Source: Chloroflexota bacterium | Lineage (GTDB): Bacteria; Chloroflexota; Dehalococcoidia; UBA2979 | Reading direction: 5' to 3' | Assembly: GCA_027593235.1 (NCBI GenBank) | Contig: JAQCIU010000015.1 | Span: forward strand, 8,847-72,846 | DNA: 64,000 bases | In this document: piece after piece, positions 18,187 through 26,049 of the stretch | Layout: each line of letters begins with the position of its first letter | Position numbering within the stretch: position 1 is the first letter of the stretch | Position numbers and translations under genes: made by a program | Notes under the pieces: model-generated | What the model was told of the DNA's origin: nothing | What the model saw: only the letters and a program-made list of their open reading frames with translations | The model's database searches: none

Positions 18187-19908
18187 GTGCACCATCTCCG
18201 GGTTGCCCTCGCCCAGCTCAATACGACCGTTGGGGACTTCGACGGGAATCACGACCTGATCCTGGATGCGGCACGGCGAGCGGCCGAGTCCGAGGTTGAT
18301 CTGGTCGTCTTCCCGGAGCTTGCGCTGATTGGGTATCCGCCGGAGGACCTGCTGATCCGCGGTGCGTTCATCGAGGAAGCAGAGCGCCGACTGCGCGTGT
18401 TGGCCGCCGAAGCGCGCGGGTTGCCGCCGCTGATCGTTGGCTGCCTGGACTTCGACGGTCACCTCTACAACTCCGCGGCCGTGCTCTACGACGGTGAGAT
18501 CGTCGGCATCTATCACAAGCAGATGTTGCCGAACTACGGCGTGTTCGATGAGGAGCGCTATTTTCACCCAGGGCACGAGGTGCACCTGTTCGAGATCGGC
18601 GGCGTGCCGGTCGGCGTGACGGTCTGCGAGGACATGTGGTTCCCGGGCGGCCCGGCGCGCGATCAGGCGTTGGCGGGGGCGCAGGTGATCGTGAACCTGA
18701 ACGCGTCGCCGTTTCACGCAGGCAAGTCGCGGTACCGCGAGCGGATGATCGCGACGCGCGCCGCTGACAACACCGTAGCCGTGGTCTACGTGAACCAGGT
18801 AGGCGGCCAGGACGAGTTGCTGTTCGATGGCAACTCGATGGTGGTGGACGCTGAGGGCGTGACGCTCGCGCGCGGCTCCTCGATGACGGAGGACCTGCTG
18901 ATCGCGGACATCCCGGTGCACGAAATCGTGCAGCGACAACTCCACGAATCGCGACTCCGGCGTGAGCGATTCCCGGAGCATCACATCGATCCGATCGCGG
19001 TAACGCCCGCCTACCACGGGCAGCGGACCGCGCTGCCGCCACGACCGACGGAGCCGCCGGAGATGGTGGCGGAGATCTACGACGGGCTGGTGCTGGGTAC
19101 GCGCGACTACGTGCGGAAGAGCGGGTTCAAGAGCGTGTTCGTCGCGCTGTCCGGGGGGATCGACTCGGCGATCGTGGCGGCGATCGCGACCGATGCGCTG
19201 GGCGCGGAGAACGTCACGGGCATCTCGATGCCATCGCGGTACTCCTCGGAAGGGTCGATCGCGGACGCGGTGGATCTGGCGGAGCGGCTGGGGATTCGGC
19301 TGGCGTCGCTGCCGATCGAGCCGATCCACGACGCGGCGCTGGACACGTTGTCACGAGAGTTCGCGGGCCTCGAGCCGGGGACCGCGGAGGAGAACCTGCA
19401 GTCGCGGATCCGCGGGATGCTGGCGATGGCGATGTCGAACAAGCACAACGGGTCGCTGGTGCTGACGACCGGGAACAAGTCCGAATACGCGTGCGGATAC
19501 GCGACGCTGTACGGCGACATGGCCGGCGGCTTCGCGGTGATCAAGGACGTTTCGAAGACGATGGTCTGGGAACTGTCCCGCTACCGAAACACGGTGAGCG
19601 AAGTGATCCCCGTCAACTCGATTGAGAAGCCACCGTCGGCGGAGCTGCGCCCGAATCAGCTCGATAGCGACTCACTGCCGGACTACGCGATCCTCGATCC
19701 GATCGTGGAGGCGTACGTCGAGGATGATCTGCCGCTGGAATCGATCGTGGCTCGCGGGTTCGACGAGGCGACAGTGCGGCGGGTGATCGACCTGATCAAC
19801 CGCAACGAGTACAAGCGGCGCCAGGCAGCGCCAGGTGTGCGCATTTCCACGCGTGCGTTCGGGCGGGACCGACGATTGCCGCTGGCGACGAAGTACCGAG
19901 GGTATTAG
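18187..19908 (+). CDS. nadE: Glutamine-dependent NAD+ synthetase
   Basis: Nitrilase domain (FPEL, K.MLPNYGVFDE, CED) plus LSGGIDS, ENLQSR, TGNKSE, PSAEL. Confidence 0.96.
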   Translation: MHHLRVALAQLNTTVGDFDGNHDLILDAARRAAESEVDLVVFPELALIGYPPEDLLIRGAFIEEAERRLRVLAAEARGLPPLIVGCLDFDGHLYNSAAVLYDGEIVGIYHKQMLPNYGVFDEERYFHPGHEVHLFEIGGVPVGVTVCEDMWFPGGPARDQALAGAQVIVNLNASPFHAGKSRYRERMIATRAADNTVAVVYVNQVGGQDELLFDGNSMVVDAEGVTLARGSSMTEDLLIADIPVHEIVQRQLHESRLRRERFPEHHIDPIAVTPAYHGQRTALPPRPTEPPEMVAEIYDGLVLGTRDYVRKSGFKSVFVALSGGIDSAIVAAIATDALGAENVTGISMPSRYSSEGSIADAVDLAERLGIRLASLPIEPIHDAALDTLSREFAGLEPGTAEENLQSRIRGMLAMAMSNKHNGSLVLTTGNKSEYACGYATLYGDMAGGFAVIKDVSKTMVWELSRYRNTVSEVIPVNSIEKPPSAELRPNQLDSDSLPDYAILDPIVEAYVEDDLPLESIVARGFDEATVRRVIDLINRNEYKRRQAAPGVRISTRAFGRDRRLPLATKYRGY

Positions 19909-19928
19909 GGGCCGCTGCGCGGTCCGGG

Positions 19929-20342
19929 CTAGGTGTCGCCGTTCGTGTGCTCCACCTCGGTGGCGGGTGTGCCGTCGTCGTCGCCCGCATTCGCCTCGAT
20001 CGCCGCGGCCGCGGTGTCGTACGCGGTGAGTTCGACCCAGGCCTCGAAGGCTTCCCGGACCTCGGCGTAGGCGGCCTCGACCTCTGGTTCGAGCTGGCCG
20101 GGCGTGAGCAGAAAGCTGTGCTGGCGCGACGAGTTCATCGTGGCGAGCATGGATTCGAGGCGCGGGACGATCGTTCCGTGGAGTTCGGCGAGCGTGGGCT
20201 CGCCAACGGCCTCGGCGCGATCGCGCATCATTTCGAGGCCACCCATGACCCAGGCGAGCACGCCGAGCAGCGTGCCGGTCTCGCGCCGATCGAGGGCGAG
20301 CACGAGGTGTGGCGGTCCGGCGGGTGGCGTTCCGCTGGTCAT
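19929..20342 (-). CDS. Hypothetical helical protein, coupled to ROK-like gene
   Basis: ATGA overlap with upstream gene; natural-looking composition. Confidence 0.65.
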   Translation of the reverse strand: MTSGTPPAGPPHLVLALDRRETGTLLGVLAWVMGGLEMMRDRAEAVGEPTLAELHGTIVPRLESMLATMNSSRQHSFLLTPGQLEPEVEAAYAEVREAFEAWVELTAYDTAAAAIEANAGDDDGTPATEVEHTNGDT

Positions 20343-21127
20343 TCCGCGCGCTCGCCTTCGTACGCAACGATTGAGGCGGCCTCGAGGGCTCCGAACAGCG
20401 GTGCGCTGTGGCCAAGTTCGGAGACGACAATCTCGGCGTCGGCGCCTGCTTCCGCGAGCGCGTCACGGAGCGTGGTGACGACGGTTTCGATGTCCTCCTC
20501 GGCGGCATCGACGATCACGAGGGCGGTGTCGAGGAGCGCAGCGGTCGCTGCGATGGTCTCGATCGGGTTGTCGGCATCGAGGAAGCCGGGGCGGTGGTGC
20601 GCGCCTCGGACGATGGTGCCGGCGGCGAGGATGGCCGCCGCGGGGGTCGGATCGCGGAAGGAGACGTAGACGGCGTCGTTGACATCGATCGCCGCGCCGA
20701 CGGTCATTTCGCCACGGAGGGCGGCGTGGGCGCGATCGAGGGCGACGGCGGGTGCATCGATGTGGCGGCGAAGCGCATCGACGACATGCAGTTCGTCCCA
20801 GCCCTCCTGGCCGCGGCTCTCGGTAAGGACGCCGCGGACCGGGTGGACCGAGCCGGGGCAGGAGATCCCGATGCCGAGTGCGAAGAGGGACTCATCGCGA
20901 ACGAAGAGCGTGGAGACACGTCCGCCGATCTCCCAGGACCACGCTTCTTCATCGATGAGCGTGGGGAGTTCGTAGCGTTCGCTCGAGATCACCTCGCGAT
21001 CGGGCGTGGCGAGGACGAGCCGCAGGGTGGTGGCGGTGAAGTCGATTGCGACGAGCGCGGGCGCCGGTTCACTGCCCTCGGTGGGCTCGTCCGCGATGTC
21101 ATCGGGTTGCTGCGGGGATTGGACCAT
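20339..21127 (-). CDS. ROK-family protein (degenerate motifs)
   Basis: AIDFTAT, GIGISCPG, AALRGE..GAA, C-terminal SELG..APLFGA. Confidence 0.75.
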   Translation of the reverse strand: MVQSPQQPDDIADEPTEGSEPAPALVAIDFTATTLRLVLATPDREVISSERYELPTLIDEEAWSWEIGGRVSTLFVRDESLFALGIGISCPGSVHPVRGVLTESRGQEGWDELHVVDALRRHIDAPAVALDRAHAALRGEMTVGAAIDVNDAVYVSFRDPTPAAAILAAGTIVRGAHHRPGFLDADNPIETIAATAALLDTALVIVDAAEEDIETVVTTLRDALAEAGADAEIVVSELGHSAPLFGALEAASIVAYEGERAE

Positions 21128-21156
21128 CGGATTCTCCGTGCGGTTCGGGCGGGGCG

Positions 21157-22257
21157 TCAGGTGCTTGCCGCGGCGAGCTTGGTGAAGGCTGCGGTGATAT
21201 CGGCGATCTCCAGATCGGTCATGCCGCCGTGGAGGGGCAGGACGATGAGTTCGTCCGGCAGTCTGCGGGCAGCGGGAAAACCGTCGTCGGCGAGACGTTC
21301 ATCATCCTCGCCGAGCGCCAGGCGTACAGCCGGGTCGAGGTGGAGCGAGGGCGGGAGGGCGATCGAACACGGGATGCCCTCGGCATTGAGCGCGGCCACG
21401 GTCTCGTCGAGTGGACGCTTCCAGAGCAGGCTGCGGATGCGGACGACGTAGCAGTCGTAGCCATGAACGACCCAACGCGAGTGGGCCATCGCTCCGAGCG
21501 CCTTCATGCCGCGGAGATCGAAGGTCAACTCCCAGGCGAGCTGGCGACGGATTTCGAGTTCCTCGTCAGCCCCGCGCAGTTCGGCGAGGGCGAGGCGAGC
21601 GGCGGTGTCCTCGATTGTCGCGCCGTCGCGATCGCGAGCGTCGCGGAGACGTGCCGCGAGTGCCGGGTCGGTCGTGACGAGGGCGGCGCCGCCGCCGGAG
21701 AGCAGGTGCCGCGGGCCGAAGGCGAAGACGGCGACGGTTCCGAGGAGCCCGACGGAGCGGAGCCGGTAAGCACCACCAAGCGCGGCCGAGGCGTCTTCGA
21801 TCAACGGGATGCGGCGCGGCTCGATGATGCGCAGGAGTTCCGAGGCCGAGTACGGATGGCCGAAGGGGTGGTCGGCGAAGGCGACGCGGGTGCGATCACC
21901 GAGCGCGCGGGCGAGGCCGCGCGGGCCAACGGCCAGCGATTCGGCCTCGACCTCGGCGGGTACAACGGTGAGGCCGGCGGCGCGGGCTGCGACCGCTAAG
22001 GAAAAGGCAAGCGCGGGGACGATCGCTTCGCCCTCGGAGATGCCGAGCGCGCGCAGCGCGAGTGCGAAGGCGGTAGCTCCGTCGCGGCAGGCGACGGCCT
22101 CGGCTGCGTCGCCGATATAGAGGGCGAGTTCCGCCTCGAGCGCCGCGACCGGATTGGGGTCGGTGGCAGGCGGTGGCAATGGACGCTCCGGGAAGGGCGT
22201 CGTGCGCACCGGCGTGCCGCCGTCGATCGCGAGCGCGGGCTCGGTGATGCTGGTCAT
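21157..22257 (-). CDS. DegT/DnrJ/EryC1/StrS aminotransferase homolog lacking the PLP lysine
   Basis: LAIDGGTPVR, LIEDAS, FAFGPRHL where SF..TK.L is expected, LPLHGGMT. Confidence 0.8.
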   Translation of the reverse strand: MTSITEPALAIDGGTPVRTTPFPERPLPPPATDPNPVAALEAELALYIGDAAEAVACRDGATAFALALRALGISEGEAIVPALAFSLAVAARAAGLTVVPAEVEAESLAVGPRGLARALGDRTRVAFADHPFGHPYSASELLRIIEPRRIPLIEDASAALGGAYRLRSVGLLGTVAVFAFGPRHLLSGGGAALVTTDPALAARLRDARDRDGATIEDTAARLALAELRGADEELEIRRQLAWELTFDLRGMKALGAMAHSRWVVHGYDCYVVRIRSLLWKRPLDETVAALNAEGIPCSIALPPSLHLDPAVRLALGEDDERLADDGFPAARRLPDELIVLPLHGGMTDLEIADITAAFTKLAAAST

Positions 22258-22388
22258 GGTCCTCCAACCGATCGGACTCTAGGTGTCACCCACGGCGTGA
22301 GCAAAGGGCAGCGAGGCGGATCGCGCGAGGATGGCGTGACGGGACGCGGAAGTTCGTCCACGATCCGGGTCGCGGGAAACGAGGAATC

Positions 22389-23264
22389 ATGGCCATCGAT
22401 CGGTCGTCGTCGATCGGGATCATCGGAGCTGGCCGGGTGGCGGGCGCGCTGGCCGACGCGTTGCTGAAGTGCGGGCGTCCGCTGGATGGCGTCGCGAGCC
22501 GGACGCTGGAGCGCGCAGAGGCGTTGGCGAAGTACCTACCGTTTGTGCGGGCGACGACGATCGAGGAGCTGGTGGCGACGAACGACCTCGTGTTCCTCGC
22601 GGTGCCCGACGACGCGATCGAGGGACTGTCGTCCGGCCTCGCCTGGCGCTCGGGTCAAGCGGTGGTGCACCTGAGCGGTGGGCGCGGCCTTGAGGTGCTG
22701 GCAATGGCAACGGCGGCTGGCGCGGTAGCCGGGTGCCTCCATCCACTGCAGACGTTCCCGGGCGGCGAGGAGCCGGCGCGCGCGCGTGCGCGGTTCAACG
22801 GCATCGCCTGCGGCGTCGAGGCGGCCGCTCCGCTCGACGCGCTGCTGGAGGCGATCGTGGACGACCTCGGTGGGCACAGTTTCCGGCTGGAGGGCGTGGA
22901 CCGCGCGGCGTACCACGCGGCGGCGGTCTTCGTGAGCAACGACGTAGTGGCCGCAATGGGGGCGGCAACACGCGCCTGGGCGCTGGCGGGCCTCGCGGAG
23001 GCGGACGCGCGTGCGGCGCTGAGCCCGCTGCTGCAGGCGACGGCAGCGGCGATCGCGGGACGCACACTGCCGGAGGCGCTGACTGGCCCGGTGGCCCGCG
23101 GCGACGTGGAGACGGTGCGGCGACACCTGCAGAGCCTCGCCGGCGACCCGGCGCTGCACGGGCTCTACCGCCGGCTCGGCGCGGAATTGCTGCGGCTCGA
23201 ACTGGGGCATTCTCCCGAAACGGCTTCGGCGCTGTCGGAGTTGTTCAACGAGGCTGGTGCCTGA
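22389..23264 (+). CDS. Rossmann-like/DUF2520 oxidoreductase (PanG-type ketopantoate reductase candidate)
   Basis: IIGAGRVA, LAVPDD, HLSG, LHPLQTF, YHAAAV..SN, LTGPVARGD. Confidence 0.88.
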   Translation: MAIDRSSSIGIIGAGRVAGALADALLKCGRPLDGVASRTLERAEALAKYLPFVRATTIEELVATNDLVFLAVPDDAIEGLSSGLAWRSGQAVVHLSGGRGLEVLAMATAAGAVAGCLHPLQTFPGGEEPARARARFNGIACGVEAAAPLDALLEAIVDDLGGHSFRLEGVDRAAYHAAAVFVSNDVVAAMGAATRAWALAGLAEADARAALSPLLQATAAAIAGRTLPEALTGPVARGDVETVRRHLQSLAGDPALHGLYRRLGAELLRLELGHSPETASALSELFNEAGA

Positions 23265-24118
23265 TGGAGTTGCTGCTCGGCGAACACACGATCGACTGCA
23301 CGAACCGCACAGCCGTGATGGGCATCCTCAACGTTTCCGACGACTCGCCGATCGGACAGTCGATCGTGCCGGCCTCGAGCGCGCTCGACCGCGCGGTGGA
23401 GCTGCGCCGGCAGGGCGCGGAGATCGTCGATATCGGCGCCGTGTCGACGGCGACGGGATCGCGGGAGCTGACGGCGCAGGAGGAGATCGATCGGGTGTGC
23501 CCGGCAATCGAGGCGGTCGCCGCCGAGGGCATCGCGACGTCGGTCGATACCTGGAATCCGGAGGTGGCGCGGGCGGCGGCCGCCGCGGGCGTGCACCTGC
23601 TGAACGACGTGAGCGGCTTCACCAAGCCGGAGATGGTCGCGGTTGCCGGGGAGCTGGGGATCGCGTGCGCGGTGATGCACATGCGCGGGCAACCGGCGCA
23701 CCACTACGAGGCCGACCAGAGCTACGCCGACATCACCAGCGAGGTGGAGGCGTTTCTCCTCGAACGTGCCGCAGCCCTCGATGCGGCGGGCGCGGGGCAG
23801 GTGTGGCTCGATCCGGGCTTCGAGTTTGGCAAGCAGCTGGCGGACAACCTGGCGCTGTTCGGCGGACTGCGTAGCCTCGTGGCCACGGGGCGCCCGGTGC
23901 TGATCTCGGCGTCGCGGAAGGGGTTCCTCGCGGAGTTGCTTGGCCACGCGAAGCGGCAGGATGTGCCGGGACTCCTCGAGGCGACGATCGCGTTCAACAC
24001 GCTCGCTGCATACGAGGGGGTCCAGGTGGTGCGCGTACACGACGTGGAGCCGGTGGCGCAGGCGCTGGCGGTGGTCAACGGACTGCGAGCGCACCTCGCG
24101 GAGCAGGGCGCCGGCTAG
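23264..24118 (+). CDS. folP: Dihydropteroate synthase (atypical loops)
   Basis: MGILNV, SVDT, LNDVSG, MHMRG, DPGF.FGK, SRK, RVHDV; start at ATG 23264. Confidence 0.85.
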   Translation: MELLLGEHTIDCTNRTAVMGILNVSDDSPIGQSIVPASSALDRAVELRRQGAEIVDIGAVSTATGSRELTAQEEIDRVCPAIEAVAAEGIATSVDTWNPEVARAAAAAGVHLLNDVSGFTKPEMVAVAGELGIACAVMHMRGQPAHHYEADQSYADITSEVEAFLLERAAALDAAGAGQVWLDPGFEFGKQLADNLALFGGLRSLVATGRPVLISASRKGFLAELLGHAKRQDVPGLLEATIAFNTLAAYEGVQVVRVHDVEPVAQALAVVNGLRAHLAEQGAG

Positions 24119-24903
24119 GGACCCGGGTCGGGGGTGGATGCTTGCGCCGGTCGGACGGTTTGTTGCAGCTCTTCCACCTGTAGGCGCAGGCCTCTGATCT
24201 CCTCGATCAGCAAGGCTGTCTGATCGTCCTCGTGCTCCGTCACGAAGAACGCCGCGATGTTGGCCGCGATGAGCCCGAACAGCCCAATGCCGAGCAGCAT
24301 CAGGACGACAGCAACGCCGCGTCCTGCGGGGGTGGACGGCGCGTAGTCGCCGTAGCCCACGGTTGTGACGGTCACAAGCGCCCACCAGAGGGCTGAGCCG
24401 AAGCCATCGATTGAGCCCTCGGCATCCTGCTCAAGGCGGGCGACCAATGCAGCGGCGACGAAGACCGCAGCGATCGCGCTGGCGAGGGCGTAGTCGAGGC
24501 GATGCCGGGTGAGGACGACGGAGGCCGTTCCCCGGATTCGACCGAAGAACGCGATGAGGCGGCCCGCGCGGAGCAGCCGGAGGGCTCGGGCGGAGCGAAT
24601 CACGCGGAAGGGCCGGAGGAACGGCACCAACACGATGACGACGTCGTACCAGTGACGGATCAGGTATGGGAGGCGGGCCGGGGCCAGGTAGGTCCTGACA
24701 CCGAGCTCAAGGCCGAAGACGGCCCAGATCATCCAGTCCGCGGCGACGATCGCTCGGTCCACGCTCGGCGCGAGATCGAAGGCGAGCGGAACCGCGATGA
24801 GCGGCACCATCGCCAGAGCAAGCAGGAGTAGCGGGAGTTCCGTAGCCCGGGTAAAGGCGTCGAGCGCAGCACCGTCGCGTTTCGCACGAGAGACTGACGT
24901 CAT
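24115..24903 (-). CDS. Voltage-gated-type potassium channel
   Basis: S4-like RPFRVIRSARALRLLR; pore WWALVTVTTVGYGD. Confidence 0.92.
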   Translation of the reverse strand: MTSVSRAKRDGAALDAFTRATELPLLLLALAMVPLIAVPLAFDLAPSVDRAIVAADWMIWAVFGLELGVRTYLAPARLPYLIRHWYDVVIVLVPFLRPFRVIRSARALRLLRAGRLIAFFGRIRGTASVVLTRHRLDYALASAIAAVFVAAALVARLEQDAEGSIDGFGSALWWALVTVTTVGYGDYAPSTPAGRGVAVVLMLLGIGLFGLIAANIAAFFVTEHEDDQTALLIEEIRGLRLQVEELQQTVRPAQASTPDPGP

Positions 24904-24928
24904 GCGCGGATTCCAGGTGAACCGGACG

Positions 24929-25540
24929 CTACTTGCGGAGCGCCTCACAGGCGATGCCGTTGCGGTCGATGTCGATCTTGTTTGGGTCGCCCGGGAGGTT
25001 TGCCTCGTAAGCGGCCTGTGCCTCTTCCCAGGACTTGAAGTCGCGGCAGTTGTAGCGGTCACGCCCATCGGTGAAGTACTGGACCGCGGGAGGCGGGGTC
25101 GCGGTGGCGACGACGGTGGGCTTCGGCGCTGGCGTTGCGGTGGCTGACGGACTCGCGCTCGGGGTCGCCGAGGGCGCGGGGTCGGGCTTGTCCGTGTCGT
25201 CGTCCGCGTCGTCGGTTGCGGCGGCATCGGGTGCGCCGGCGACGGGGGTGATCGGTTGGGTGGTCTGGGCGGCGAGCGTGGATGGCGCGCCCTCGAGGGC
25301 GTCGAGGCGGAGGGAGAGGTCGGCACGTTCCTGGTGCAGGGCGGAGACCTGCTGGGACAGCTCGTCGACGTCGACCTCGAGACTGTCGATCTCGGCGCGG
25401 GCGACGATGAGCTGGAGGTCGGCATCGGAGGCGCCGGTGGAGGGGAGCGTCGCGACCATCCACCACATGGCGATCGCCCAGACGGCGGCGGCGACGCCGG
25501 CGGCGGGGACCATCCAGCTAGGGAGCTGCAGACCGTTCAC
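24929..25540 (-). CDS. Membrane-anchored protein with coiled coil, Pro/Thr linker and Excalibur Ca-binding domain
   Basis: C-terminal DRYNCRDF...DPNKIDIDRNGIACE. Confidence 0.82.
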   Translation of the reverse strand: MNGLQLPSWMVPAAGVAAAVWAIAMWWMVATLPSTGASDADLQLIVARAEIDSLEVDVDELSQQVSALHQERADLSLRLDALEGAPSTLAAQTTQPITPVAGAPDAAATDDADDDTDKPDPAPSATPSASPSATATPAPKPTVVATATPPPAVQYFTDGRDRYNCRDFKSWEEAQAAYEANLPGDPNKIDIDRNGIACEALRK

Positions 25541-25842
25541 GTGTGTCCCTCGGGCCCCCCGGGGCGGGGGCGGTCTCCTAGGTGGGAACCCCTCGGTAGC
25601 CGCGATGGGCTGCGTTGGGGTTCGACACAGGGAGCGTACGGAGCGGCCCTACCGATGGGCATCGGGGTTTGCCCTCGGATGTGGCGCGGCTGGGGTGAAA
25701 CGGGTGAGGGAGCGAGGGCGGGGGCGGGTGTTGGGGGACCGAGGAGCCGAGGAAAGATTGCGGTCAGGGTGGCGATACTGAGGGTATGGAGATCCTCGCG
25801 TTCGGTGTCGCGATCGTGATGTAAGGGGTCTGGCGGGCGTGG

Positions 25843-26043
25843 ATGGCGCTGCGCGGCGAGGACGGGTCGCCTGAAGGGCATTGGCACTCCCGGACGGACG
25901 CGATGTCGGAGTACCTCAAGGAGTCCGGCACGAGGGCGGCATTCACTCGCAAGCGTGCGTTGATGGTCCTCGCGATATTTGCTGTGGAGCTGTCGGTTGT
26001 CGGGCTGGTCGCCTACTACGTGATGCACAAACCGGACCGCTAG
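25843..26043 (+). CDS. Small single-TM hypothetical protein
   Basis: 66 aa with C-terminal TM (ALMVLAIFAVELSVVGLVAYYV), ends just before the ligD stop. Confidence 0.5.
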   Translation: MALRGEDGSPEGHWHSRTDAMSEYLKESGTRAAFTRKRALMVLAIFAVELSVVGLVAYYVMHKPDR

Positions 26044-26049
26044 TCGTCG

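Noticed and set aside
25560-25690. Possible c-di-GMP-I riboswitch on the - strand (GGGCAAACC...GGCTACCGA) upstream of the Excalibur protein
   Set aside because: Lacks the GNRA-capped P2, the GACGCAAAG junction and the CUAA receptor; only the ends resemble the motif
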